From contig CANJYI010000001.1 of NCBI GenBank assembly GCA_947478975.1, positions 1 to 30,980 of the forward strand: a stretch of 30,980 nt of DNA, in the 5' to 3' direction. Origin of the DNA: Chthoniobacteraceae bacterium. Its GTDB lineage: Bacteria; Verrucomicrobiota; Verrucomicrobiia; Chthoniobacterales; Chthoniobacteraceae. The notes beneath the pieces are model-generated. The model saw nothing but the letters and a program-made list of their open reading frames with translations, did no database searches and was not told the origin of the DNA. The position numbers were made by a program, and so were the translations under genes. Positions 1 through 8,996 of this stretch are shown here, piece after piece (the first letter of the stretch is position 1; every line of letters begins with the position of its first letter).

Positions 1-39
1 CATCGTGGCGATTTTGGTGATCCCTCTTTTCTTCTAGCC

Positions 40-146
40 GCCGCACAGGCGTGCGGCCGGGGTGGGGAGCACAGAGGCTTTTGGAAGCCTCTGTGGAACA
101 CGGCGGGGTCCATTCCAAGGGCTGGAATGGATCGGGTTTGGAACCC
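40..146. repeat. Cluster of four intergenic hairpins; the 66-95 unit is REP-like (GGAG + palindrome)
   Basis: Perfect stems read directly: 40-46/51-57 (7 bp), 70-80/85-95 (11 bp, preceded by GGAG at 66-69), 109-117/123-131 (9 bp), 134-138/142-146 (5 bp). Confidence 0.55.
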
Positions 147-282
147 TGTTTGAAGGGGAGGTTAGGCGGCGCGCCTCTTATACCACTTATCTGAGTTTTC
201 TGGATTATTAGCGATCTGAGCCCCGTGCATCAATCGTTCCGCCCTATTCAGAAAAACCGCGCGGATTTTCGGCAAATCTGAC

Positions 283-493
283 GCCCCGCAAGGGGCACTT
301 CTCTTTCAGCCCATGGCAACGCCATGGGAAAACCGTCCCCAAAAAAGAATACGCCCTTGAGAGGGCACCCTAACATGCCCGGTCCATGCGAAAGGGTGGC
401 TTCATCATGGGGCGCCCATGCAGGGCTTAATGTTTTATAACGGACAAACCCACGGCGTTGCCATGGGCTGCGAGTGGCCTGCCCCTTCGGGGC
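283..493. repeat. Composite inverted-repeat element (REP/BIME-like)
   Basis: CAGCCCATGGCAACGCCATGGG (307-328) and CCCACGGCGTTGCCATGGGCTG (449-470) are 21/22 reverse complements. Each has a GCCCC-loop-GGGGC hairpin 10 nt outward (283-296, 481-493). An internal GCCCT-TGAG-AGGGC hairpin lies at 353-366. Confidence 0.75.
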
Positions 494-525
494 GGAAACA
501 CTCCGATTATCATTGAGAGTTTGTA

Positions 526-2460
526 TTATTCCGCAGCGCAGGAGGCTCGTTTTTTCTCCAACTCATCCCAGCGGGCGTAAATCTCCGCCACGGCCGTCCG
601 TAGAGTATTTGCGTGGACCTGGGCGGTTGAAATTTCCGCTGGAGTCTTTTTGTAGAGGTCTGGTGAGTTGAGCGCCGCCTCCGCTGCGGTGGCAGTTTCC
701 TCCGCCAAGCTGACGGCCGCCTCGATGCCCTCCAGTTCGCGCTCCTCCTTGTAGGAAAGCTTCGGACCGCGTGCCGCGCGGGCGGCCGGGGATGGCGTAG
801 GACTCGAGGGGAGCGCCGCCGCGGACTGTTTGGGCGGATTCTTCGAGGTGGCTGCTGCGGCCTTTTGGCGGCGGGCGGCCATCAACGCCAGATGCTGGTC
901 GTAGTTGCCGACGTTGAAGACGGTAGAGCCATCGCCCTCGATCGCCAAAACGTGGGTGCACACACGGTTGAGGAAGTACCGGTCGTGGCTGACCACCACT
1001 ACGGTCCCCTTGAACTGGACCAGTGCCTCCTCGAGGATCCGCAGGGTGGCCAGATCCAGATCGTTGGTAGGTTCGTCCAGAATGAGGACGTTGCCGCCGC
1101 GCTTGAGAATCTTTGCGAGTAGCACCCGGCTGCGTTCTCCGCCGCTGAGCTGTCCGATGATCTGGTTTAGCTGGTCCTCCTTGAAGAGGAAGCGGCGCAG
1201 GTAGCCCCGCAGCGTGACGTTCTCTTCACCAAGACGGACGGTGTCCCGTCCCTCGCCGACCTCGTCCCACACCGTCCGGTTGGGATCGATTTGCAGGCGG
1301 TGCTGGTCGATCAGGTTGATGTCGGCGCGGGCGCCCCGCTCCACCGTGCCCCTGAGCGGGGTGGTTTCGCCGGTGAGCAGGCGCAGGAGGGTGGTTTTTC
1401 CGCAACCATTGCGTCCCACGATCCCTACGCGGGTGTTGGCTTCCAGCTCGAGGGTCAGCCCCGAAAACAGCACGCGTCCGTCGATCTCCGCGCCCACGTC
1501 CTTGAGCGAAATGACGCGGTTTCCGAGTTCACGCGGTGTGGGAAGGATGATGTCCGCGTCGGAGGCACGTTCTGGCGGGCCTTGAGAAGCCGCCTCAAAG
1601 TAGCGGTCGACGCGGTCCTGCGATTTGGTGCGGCGTGCGCCGGGGGCGCGGCGCACCCATTCGAGCTCGCTCTTGAGGAACTTCTGGCGCCGGTGCTCCG
1701 TTTGTTCGCTGATGGCCTCGCGCTCGGCCTGGGCGATGAGGAAGTCGGTGTAGTTGCCGGGGAAGGAAACGAAGCCGCCCAGATGGATTTCGACGATCCG
1801 GTTGCACACCCGGTCGAGGAAGTAGCGGTCGTGGGTGACAAAGAGGCAGGTGCCGCGGTAGCGCTCGAGAAACTCCTCGAGCCAGCGGATCGACTCGGTG
1901 TCGAGATGGTTGGTGGGTTCGTCGAGAATGAGGATGTCGGGCTGAGCCAGAAGGCTGCGACACAGCGCAACGCGCCGCTTCTCGCCCCCGCTCAGGGAGC
2001 CGACAATGCGGTCGGCCGGAGGGGCGTTGAGATTGGAGAGAAGCGCCTTGGTGCGGGAATCCAGATTCCAGCCATCGAGTTGTTCGATGCGCTCGAGGAG
2101 TTCAGCGGAGCGGTCGGATTCGGGCGGGGCGGTTTCGTACTCGGCGAGGAGGTCCTGGACGGCGCTGGCGCCGCGGAGGACTGCCTCGTGGACGGTGAGT
2201 TCCTCTTCGAGTTCGAATTCCTGGGGAAGATAGCCCACAAGCAGGCCGCGGCGGGTATTGATCTGGCCGGAGTCCGGGCTGGTGGCGCCGGCGGCCATCT
2301 TCAGGAAGGTGGATTTGCCGCAGCCATTGCGTCCTACCAAGCCGATGCGTTCGCCTTCGAGAATCGCGATCGTGGCGTTTTTAAGGAGGGGATTTGCGCC
2401 GAAGGCCACTGAGATTTCAGAGACGCTGAGGACTGCTTGGGGTGGGGATGCTTCTGCCAT
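526..2460 (-). CDS. uup: ABC-F family ATPase, Uup-like
   Basis: Two ABC domains (GRNGCGKST / GRNGCGKTT, LSGGE x2, LDEPTN x2), no TM segments, linker WVRRAPGARRTKS, C-terminal coiled coil KLSYKEERELEGIE typical of Uup. Confidence 0.88.
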   Translation of the reverse strand: MAEASPPQAVLSVSEISVAFGANPLLKNATIAILEGERIGLVGRNGCGKSTFLKMAAGATSPDSGQINTRRGLLVGYLPQEFELEEELTVHEAVLRGASAVQDLLAEYETAPPESDRSAELLERIEQLDGWNLDSRTKALLSNLNAPPADRIVGSLSGGEKRRVALCRSLLAQPDILILDEPTNHLDTESIRWLEEFLERYRGTCLFVTHDRYFLDRVCNRIVEIHLGGFVSFPGNYTDFLIAQAEREAISEQTEHRRQKFLKSELEWVRRAPGARRTKSQDRVDRYFEAASQGPPERASDADIILPTPRELGNRVISLKDVGAEIDGRVLFSGLTLELEANTRVGIVGRNGCGKTTLLRLLTGETTPLRGTVERGARADINLIDQHRLQIDPNRTVWDEVGEGRDTVRLGEENVTLRGYLRRFLFKEDQLNQIIGQLSGGERSRVLLAKILKRGGNVLILDEPTNDLDLATLRILEEALVQFKGTVVVVSHDRYFLNRVCTHVLAIEGDGSTVFNVGNYDQHLALMAARRQKAAAATSKNPPKQSAAALPSSPTPSPAARAARGPKLSYKEERELEGIEAAVSLAEETATAAEAALNSPDLYKKTPAEISTAQVHANTLRTAVAEIYARWDELEKKRASCAAE

Positions 2461-2466
2461 TGCTTG

Positions 2467-2472
2467 AACCTA
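2467..2472 (-). promoter_or_regulatory. Candidate -10 element (TAGGTT) 6 nt before the uup ATG, leaderless-type
   Basis: TAnnnT hexamer 6 nt upstream of the start codon; no Shine-Dalgarno visible. Confidence 0.3.
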
Positions 2473-2700
2473 AAATCCGAGATGAAGGGGGGAGTACAAA
2501 CTTGTCGTGAGTGCGCGGGGAAGCGCCGGGACGCCGGAGGAAACCGGGCGCAAGCAGAGCGCTTGGCGCACCGCACTGGAAAGGAGCACCCCCAACCTCA
2601 GGAGGGCAACATACACCAATTGGGCGCGGCGCACCCGGAAAGACGCGGCCAGAATGCCGCCCTGCGGCAAACCGAACAGCGCGTCCATAGAACCGCCCAT
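2470..2700 (-). CDS. Possible small hypothetical protein (76 aa) after nuoN
   Basis: ATG overlaps the nuoN TGA (TGATG). The ORF fills the nuoN-uup gap, and 56 of 76 codons end in G/C (hand count). No recognisable domain. Confidence 0.3.
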   Translation of the reverse strand: MGGSMDALFGLPQGGILAASFRVRRAQLVYVALLRLGVLLSSAVRQALCLRPVSSGVPALPRALTTSLYSPLHLGF

Positions 2701-4193
2701 CAGTGGGCGGCAGCGACCTTCGCAGGGGCGCCCTGGAGCGCCGAGAGAATGGGGCGGGGATTGACGCCGAAGACAAAGATGGAGACGACCAGTAGGGCCA
2801 TGACCGCTTTGCTCAGAGAGGAGACTTGGATCGGAGTGGTGTCGTTTGGTTCGTACCAGTACATCGCAGCAACAACACGCAGGTAGTAGTAGAAACCAGC
2901 GCCCACGGTGACGACTCCAAGGCAGACCAGCACCCAGAGGTGGGCGTTGACGGCGTGGGCGAACACGAGGAACTTGCCATAGAAACCGGCCGTCAGCGGG
3001 ACCCCCGCCAGAGAAGACATCGCCACAAGAAGGGCAAAGGCCAGGAACGGTGAGCGCTTGGAAAGGCCGTTGAAATGCTGGATTTCTTCACCCTTGGTCT
3101 GCGTGGAGACAGCCGTCAGGACCATGAAGCCGAGGAGGGTCATCAATAGATAGGCAAACAGGTAGAAGCCGATGGTGGTGCCCACCGCGCCGAAGCCCGT
3201 CACCGTCGCTCCCACGCTTGCAACGGCAAGGAGCAGGTAGCCTGCGTGCCCGATGCTGGAGTAGGCAAGGAGTCGCTTGAGGTTGTTCTGGGGGAGTGCC
3301 GCGAGGTTTCCGTAGATCAGGGTTGCTCCGGCCATCGTCCCGAGGACCGTGAGCACTTTGGGTTGGATGGAGGAGACGCCGAGGAAGGGTTCCAGCACGC
3401 GGAGCAGCAGCAGAAAGCCCGCTGCCTTGGATCCGACCGAAAGGAATGCGGTCACGGGGGTGGGGGCGCCCTGATAGACGTCCGGCACCCAGGATTGGAA
3501 CGGCACTGCGGCCACCTTGAAGCCCAAGCCGACCAAAACCAGCAGCAGGGCAAAGAGGATGGCGGTGTCGGAGTTCTGCAGGGCGGCTAGTTTGAGGGCG
3601 ACCTTGTCAAAGTGCGTCTCACCCGTGAGGCCGAAGATCCAGGTCAGACCGTAGACAAAAAAGCCTGTGCTCAGGGCGCCGAGGATCAGGTACTTGATTC
3701 CCGCCTCGAGGGAGGCGGAGTTGCTGCGCATGTAGGCGACCTGTACGTAGAAGGAAATGGTTACCAGTTCCAGCGCCGCAAAGGCCATGACCAAGTCGGT
3801 GGCGGAGGCCATCAGCATCAGGCCCGCGCAGGTGAAGAGCGGGAGGATGTAGAATTCACCGGTGCCCGCGCCGGGCCGGGAGGAGGGGATGAACTTCGCC
3901 AACGTGCTTTCGTAGTCGAGGCTCATGACGAGCACGCCCATGGTGGTGAGCAGCGCGATGCGCTTGAACATCAGGGAAATCGGGGAGGCGCTGTAAAAGT
4001 TCCAAAAGCTGCCAGGCTCCACCGTTTCCGGGGCAGGCGCAGTGAAGAAACTGAAGGCAAACACCCAGGCCAGCACAAAGAGCGCAATCTTGGGAAGGGA
4101 GCGCTTGCTGGAAGAGGTGGAAAAGGATTCGGCCAGCAGGAGCGCGAACCCCAGAACTAGCACCAAAATTTCGAGAGTGATGGGCGCAAACAT
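2700..4193 (-). CDS. nuoN: NADH-quinone oxidoreductase subunit N
   Basis: Polytopic; EAGIKYLILGALSTG, GFKVAAVPFQSWVPDVYQGAP, KRLLAYSSIGHAGY, GVPLTAGFYGKF; last nuo gene of the operon. Confidence 0.96.
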   Translation of the reverse strand: MFAPITLEILVLVLGFALLLAESFSTSSSKRSLPKIALFVLAWVFAFSFFTAPAPETVEPGSFWNFYSASPISLMFKRIALLTTMGVLVMSLDYESTLAKFIPSSRPGAGTGEFYILPLFTCAGLMLMASATDLVMAFAALELVTISFYVQVAYMRSNSASLEAGIKYLILGALSTGFFVYGLTWIFGLTGETHFDKVALKLAALQNSDTAILFALLLVLVGLGFKVAAVPFQSWVPDVYQGAPTPVTAFLSVGSKAAGFLLLLRVLEPFLGVSSIQPKVLTVLGTMAGATLIYGNLAALPQNNLKRLLAYSSIGHAGYLLLAVASVGATVTGFGAVGTTIGFYLFAYLLMTLLGFMVLTAVSTQTKGEEIQHFNGLSKRSPFLAFALLVAMSSLAGVPLTAGFYGKFLVFAHAVNAHLWVLVCLGVVTVGAGFYYYLRVVAAMYWYEPNDTTPIQVSSLSKAVMALLVVSIFVFGVNPRPILSALQGAPAKVAAAH

Positions 4194-4199
4194 GGGAAA

Positions 4200-5681
4200 C
4201 TAGCGGAGTGCCGCCTCCAAAGTGGGTTTGATGTAGCCGAGGAAATACTGGGGGAAGAAACCCGCCACCAAGAGGGCCAAAGGCAGGGCAGCGAGGGCGA
4301 AACGGGCGGAGCCGTCGAGGTCGCTCCACTTTGCAGCGGAGGCCGTTCTTTCACCGAGGAACACGGCTTTGTAGGCGCGCAGCATGTAGACTGCGGAGAT
4401 GACCACGCCCCAGAGGGCCAGAATCGTGGAGGTCTTGAGGAAGGACGAAGCACCGGTCTGGAACCCGCCGAAGAAGACCAGCGTTTCGCTGGCGAAGTTG
4501 GAGAAACCGGGCAGGCCGATCGAGGCAAAGGTTGCCAGCGCAAAGCAGATCGCCAGATAGGGGACGGCCTTTGCCGCTCCGCCGAGGCGCTCGAAGTTCA
4601 GCGAGCCTTCCCGCTCACGGATCGCACCGCTGACAGCAAAGAGCGCCGCAACCGAGAGTCCGTGGGAGAACATCAGCAGGCAGGCCCCAGAAAGCCCGAT
4701 GAGGTTCATCGAGGCGATGCCGAGGAAAACGTAGCCCATGTGCATCACGCTGGAATAGCCGATGACGTAGTCCAGTTTGCGCTGCGCGATGGTCACCAAA
4801 CCGATGTAGAGGATGTTGCAAAGCAGGAGGGCCAGGAGCAGATCCTGCGCAGTGCAGTTGCCCCACACCGGTTGCTTGAAGGCTTCCGGGAGGAAGGGCA
4901 CGACCAGGCGGATAATGCCGTACAGACCGAATTTCTTGAGCACTCCAGAGTGCAGCATCGCGACCGGAGTGGGCGCCGAGGCGTAGGCCGGGGCGGCCCA
5001 GGAATGAAACGGGAACAGGGAAATGAGGATTCCGAAGCCGGCGGTCAGAAGCAGCCAGGGCCGCACCTGCGCCGTTGCCGGGATCACATGCTGTGCGGCG
5101 ACTTCCTGAAGCTTTTGCAGGTCGAAGCTGCGGAGGGCTACAGGGATCGCCAGATAAAGGTCCACCAAACCGGCCAACAAAACGATGCTGCCCACGGCGA
5201 GGAAGATGGTCACCTTCCAGGCCACGTTTTGGCGTTCGCCGCTGCCCCAGTAACCGATGAGCAGGAAGGTGGGTATGAGCGCCAGTTCGTGGAAGGCGTA
5301 CATGAAGAAGACGTCCTTTGCGAGGAAGGCGCCTGCTGCGCCCGCGCTGATTAACAGCACCGAACCGTCAAAGAGGTTGGAGCGTTTCTCAATCTTGGGC
5401 GACATCCAGACGGCGGCAACGGTGACGAGTCCCGTCAGAAGCAGCATCAGCAGGCTGAAGCCGTCCACGCCCAGAGAGAACCGCAGGTCCAGGCCGGCGA
5501 AGAGCGGTTCGGTGGAGGACACAAACTGGTAGCCGCCCTGTGTCTGGTCGTAGCCAGACCACACAAACAGGGTGAGTGCCAACTGGACGAGAGCGGAAGC
5601 CTTGGCCCAGGAACGGTTGCCAAAGCCTAGGAGCAGGGCGATGGCGGTAACGATGGGAACGAGAAGCAGGGTAGTAAGCAC
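4200..5681 (-). CDS. nuoM: NADH-quinone oxidoreductase subunit M
   Basis: HELALIPTFLLIGYWG, FPFHSWAAPAYASAP, LKKFGLYG, YSSVMHMG, SHGL, GLPGFSNFASE; GTG start. Confidence 0.95.
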   Translation of the reverse strand: MLTTLLLVPIVTAIALLLGFGNRSWAKASALVQLALTLFVWSGYDQTQGGYQFVSSTEPLFAGLDLRFSLGVDGFSLLMLLLTGLVTVAAVWMSPKIEKRSNLFDGSVLLISAGAAGAFLAKDVFFMYAFHELALIPTFLLIGYWGSGERQNVAWKVTIFLAVGSIVLLAGLVDLYLAIPVALRSFDLQKLQEVAAQHVIPATAQVRPWLLLTAGFGILISLFPFHSWAAPAYASAPTPVAMLHSGVLKKFGLYGIIRLVVPFLPEAFKQPVWGNCTAQDLLLALLLCNILYIGLVTIAQRKLDYVIGYSSVMHMGYVFLGIASMNLIGLSGACLLMFSHGLSVAALFAVSGAIREREGSLNFERLGGAAKAVPYLAICFALATFASIGLPGFSNFASETLVFFGGFQTGASSFLKTSTILALWGVVISAVYMLRAYKAVFLGERTASAAKWSDLDGSARFALAALPLALLVAGFFPQYFLGYIKPTLEAALR

Positions 5682-5696
5682 GATGAAAAGTCCCCG

Positions 5697-7562
5697 TTAT
5701 TTGTTGAGCAGAAACAGCAACACCACGACGCCCGCGCCAAAAATGAAGGCGTAGCCCTGAATGTTGCCGAGTTGAAGAAGACGCAGCGCGTATCCCGTAC
5801 CCCAGGTCAGGCCGGCAATGCCGCGCACCAGAACCCCGTCGATCAGATAGCGGTCAAGCCAGTCGGAGACCGAAGCCAGCATCTCCTGTGAGCCGGCAAT
5901 GAGGGCGGCGTATGCCTCGTCGATGTAGAAGCGGTTTGCAAAAAGCGGAATCCGCACGGGATCCTTGGGCTTGCCGGAGTAGAGCATCCAGGCACCCAGC
6001 GTCCCGAGCACAAACGCGCCTACCGCAAGCATCGGCACCAGTGCCACGTGCGGCGCGTCCACGTATTCCAGAACGCCCGAGGCGGAGAACGTCGCCAGGG
6101 AATGGGCCGTGTGGAAGAGGTCGTGTCCGAAGATCGGCTCCGCAAAGAAGCCGTACCCGGCGATGACGGAAAGCACCGCGAGGATCAGCAGGGGCACGGT
6201 CATGGCGGCGGGGCCGTCGTGGCCGTGGTCCTTCGGGTGGCCGTGGCCGGTGGGGTGGTAGGCTTCCCCGAAGAAGGCGACCACCACGAGGCGGGTCATG
6301 TAAAAGGCTGTCAGCACAGCGGAGAGCAACAGGGGAAAGAAGAAGAGCGGTCCCTTGTTGTAGGCGGCCAGAAGAATGGCGTCCTTCGAGAAGAAGCCGG
6401 CCAGAAAAGGCGCGCCAGTCAGCGCGAGCGTGCCGATGGCGAACGTCAGGAAGGTCTTGGGCATCGTCTTGCGCAGCCCGCCCATCTTCCAGATGTCCTG
6501 CTCGTGGTGCAGCCCGTGGATGACCGCCCCGGCGCCAAGGAAGAGCAGCGCCTTGAAGAAGGCGTGCGTGAAGAGGTGGAACATCGCCGAACCGGGCGCC
6601 TGACACCCGATCGCAGCAACCATGAAGCCCAGCTGGGAAAGGGTCGAATAGGCGAGGATCCGCTTGATGTCGTCCTGTTGGGTGGCCATCAGTGCGGCGA
6701 GCAGGGCGGTGACGACGCCGATGGCGGCGATCACGGTGAGGGCGTCAGGGGAGGGGGCGAACAGGAAGAAAAGACGCGCCAGCATGTACACCCCGGCGGC
6801 AACCATCGTCGCCGCGTGGATCAGGGCGGAGACGGGGGTCGGGCCTTCCATGGCGTCGGGCAGCCAGACGTGTAGGGGCACCTGAGCCGACTTACCGACC
6901 GCACCGCAGAAGAGGCACAGGGCGGCGAGGGTGAGCAGCGCCGGGTTGGCCGTGAGTTTGGCCATGTTCTGCTGGACGGCATCGAAGCCAACCGCGCCCG
7001 TTGCGGCCCAAACCAGAAGGATGCCGCTCATGAAGCCGAAGTCGCCAATGCGATTGGTCAGGAACGCCTTGTTGGCGGCCTTGGCTGCCGACTCCTTGGT
7101 AAACCAGTGGCCGATGAGCAGGAAGCTGCTGACACCCACCAGTTCCCAGAAGATGAAGATCATCGTCAGGCTGTCCGCGAGAACGATGCCCAGCATCGAA
7201 AACATGAAGAGGGACAGGGAACCGAAGAAGCGGGATTTGCCCTCGTCCTCCGCCATGTAGACGGTGGAGTAGATGTGGACTAGGGCGCCGATGCCGGTGA
7301 CCACCAGAAGCATCACACGGGTGAGCGCATCCACCTTGAGGCCGATGGTCAGGTGGAGGGCGGAGCCAAGGTGGATCCAGTCAATGCTGGAGGCCAACGT
7401 CTGGGGGCCGGAGGCAAGGAGCGCGAGAGTGGCGCCAAGGGCGGTGAGGACCGCTGCGAGCGAGAGGGAGACGCTGAGTGCCTTGGAGCGGTGCGCAAAC
7501 AGGAGGATGCACGCCGCGCTCGCCAGCGGGCTCAGAAGGATCAGCCAAGGTAGGAATTCCAT
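5697..7562 (-). CDS. nuoL: NADH-quinone oxidoreductase subunit L
   Basis: WELVGVSSFLLIG, NRIGDFG, GKSAQVPLHVWLPDAMEGPTPVSALIHAATMV, DIKRILAYSTLSQLG, HAFFKALLF. Confidence 0.97.
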   Translation of the reverse strand: MEFLPWLILLSPLASAACILLFAHRSKALSVSLSLAAVLTALGATLALLASGPQTLASSIDWIHLGSALHLTIGLKVDALTRVMLLVVTGIGALVHIYSTVYMAEDEGKSRFFGSLSLFMFSMLGIVLADSLTMIFIFWELVGVSSFLLIGHWFTKESAAKAANKAFLTNRIGDFGFMSGILLVWAATGAVGFDAVQQNMAKLTANPALLTLAALCLFCGAVGKSAQVPLHVWLPDAMEGPTPVSALIHAATMVAAGVYMLARLFFLFAPSPDALTVIAAIGVVTALLAALMATQQDDIKRILAYSTLSQLGFMVAAIGCQAPGSAMFHLFTHAFFKALLFLGAGAVIHGLHHEQDIWKMGGLRKTMPKTFLTFAIGTLALTGAPFLAGFFSKDAILLAAYNKGPLFFFPLLLSAVLTAFYMTRLVVVAFFGEAYHPTGHGHPKDHGHDGPAAMTVPLLILAVLSVIAGYGFFAEPIFGHDLFHTAHSLATFSASGVLEYVDAPHVALVPMLAVGAFVLGTLGAWMLYSGKPKDPVRIPLFANRFYIDEAYAALIAGSQEMLASVSDWLDRYLIDGVLVRGIAGLTWGTGYALRLLQLGNIQGYAFIFGAGVVVLLFLLNK

Positions 7563-7575
7563 GAAGCGAGGCGTG

Positions 7576-7902
7576 TTAAAACTTGAGGGACTGGAGATCC
7601 TCGACGTGGGTGGTTTGACGCGCCCTGTAGAGGGCGACGATCACCGCGAGGCCGACGGCCACCTCGGCGGCCGCCACGGTGATGATGAAGAACACCAGCA
7701 CCTGGGCGTTGTAGTTGGGCAGGCCGTCTGCGCCGACGTGGAATCTGGAGAAGGCCACGAGCGAGAGGTTCGCCGCGTTGAGCATGAGCTCAAGGCACAT
7801 GAAAATGGTGATGATGTTGCGGCGCAGCATCACCCCGGCGCAGCCGAGGGAAAAGAGCAGCCCGCTCGCGAGCAGGTAGTGGTTGAGAGTCAGCGTTTGC
7901 AC
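7576..7902 (-). CDS. nuoK: NADH-quinone oxidoreductase subunit K
   Basis: [20 protein letters not shown] and [11 protein letters not shown] motifs; GTG start. Confidence 0.96.
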   Translation of the reverse strand: MQTLTLNHYLLASGLLFSLGCAGVMLRRNIITIFMCLELMLNAANLSLVAFSRFHVGADGLPNYNAQVLVFFIITVAAAEVAVGLAVIVALYRARQTTHVEDLQSLKF

Positions 7903-7914
7903 AGGCGTCGCGGA

Positions 7915-8418
7915 TTACTTGAGTTCCCGGCGGGAGAGCACCACCACACCGATGGAGGCGACCAGCACGAGCACCCCTACAGTCTGGAAGGGCAGGTTGA
8001 AGTGGTTAAAGAGGGCGAAGCCGACGAGGCGCACGTCGTCGAGACGTTCGACTCCAAGGTTTGGAAAAGCCTGGCTCCCCGCAGGGAAACTCTTGAGCAC
8101 GTGCAGCAGGAAGGCAACAAACGCTCCGCTTACCGCCGCACCACCGACCAAGGCGACTGGATTGAATCGGCGCCGCTGCTCCGCCTTCAGGTCCAGAAGC
8201 ATGATGATGAAGAGGAAGAGCACCATGACCGCGCCCGCGTAAACGAGCACCTGGATGACGGCGATGAAGAATGCGTCCAGCCCCACGAAAAGCGCTGCAA
8301 GACAAAGGAAGGAGCCCACAAGGCTCAGGGCGCTCGCCACGGGATTCCGGTTCAAAACGACCGAGGCCCCAAAGGCCAGCATCAGCAGGGTGAATGCCCA
8401 AAAAAGAACGGGTGACAT
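7915..8418 (-). CDS. nuoJ: NADH-quinone oxidoreductase subunit J
   Basis: NPVASALSL, QVLVYAGAVMVLFLFIIMLL; position between nuoI and nuoK. Confidence 0.95.
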   Translation of the reverse strand: MSPVLFWAFTLLMLAFGASVVLNRNPVASALSLVGSFLCLAALFVGLDAFFIAVIQVLVYAGAVMVLFLFIIMLLDLKAEQRRRFNPVALVGGAAVSGAFVAFLLHVLKSFPAGSQAFPNLGVERLDDVRLVGFALFNHFNLPFQTVGVLVLVASIGVVVLSRRELK

Positions 8419-8430
8419 GCGGAAAGTTGG

Positions 8431-8961
8431 TTATTTGTCGGGGTTCCACTTGTGGACGAGGTTCGGCATGGTCCCGCCCAGTTCATAAAGCTTGGTCTTG
8501 TCGTGAACCATTTCGGCGCGGCTCTCGCCTGTGATGGCGTAGTCTTTGCGCAGGAAGATGGCCTGCTCGGGGCAGACCTCTTCGCATAGCCCGCAGTAGA
8601 TGCAGCGGGTCATGTCGATGTCGAAGGCTTCGGGAGCCTTCTCGACCTTGGCGAACTCATTTTCCGCAGGGATGTGGCCCGGCTTGATTTTGATCGCTCG
8701 CGGGGGGCAGATGAATTCACACAACTGGCAGGAGACGCACTTTTCGCGGCCGTGCTGGTCCGTCACCAGAGTGGGTGCGCCCCGGTAGTATTCCGGCAGG
8801 TGCGCGTCCCACTTCTCCTCTGGATACTGCATGACGACGTGGGTCTCGCCGGCGAGCATCTTGCGCAGATGCTTCAGCGTGATGGCGAGGCCGGCGATGA
8901 TGTTGGGGAGGTAGAGCTTCTCCCAGAAAGTGAGATTCGGCCGGCGGACTGTGTATGCCAT
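8431..8961 (-). CDS. nuoI: NADH-quinone oxidoreductase subunit I
   Basis: QYPEEK; two 4Fe-4S motifs CVSCQLCEFICP and CIYCGLCEEVCP. Confidence 0.96.
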   Translation of the reverse strand: MAYTVRRPNLTFWEKLYLPNIIAGLAITLKHLRKMLAGETHVVMQYPEEKWDAHLPEYYRGAPTLVTDQHGREKCVSCQLCEFICPPRAIKIKPGHIPAENEFAKVEKAPEAFDIDMTRCIYCGLCEEVCPEQAIFLRKDYAITGESRAEMVHDKTKLYELGGTMPNLVHKWNPDK

Positions 8962-8996
8962 GGGGACGAGTGGGTTGAGGGAGATCGGGGTGCGGG

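Noticed and set aside
180-526. Larger MITE with ATAC...GTAT ends enclosing the inverted-repeat element and touching the uup stop
   Set aside because: Terminal complementarity is only 4 bp; no convincing TIR or target duplication.
2666-2673. GGCAAACC resembling the start of a c-di-GMP-I riboswitch
   Set aside because: The downstream GAAA loop and GGGACGCAAAGCC elements are missing, and it is not in a leader of a plus-strand gene.
6213-6260. His-rich loop in NuoL (YHPTGHGHPKDHGHDG)
   Set aside because: His-rich loops at this position are common in NuoL/ND5 homologues.
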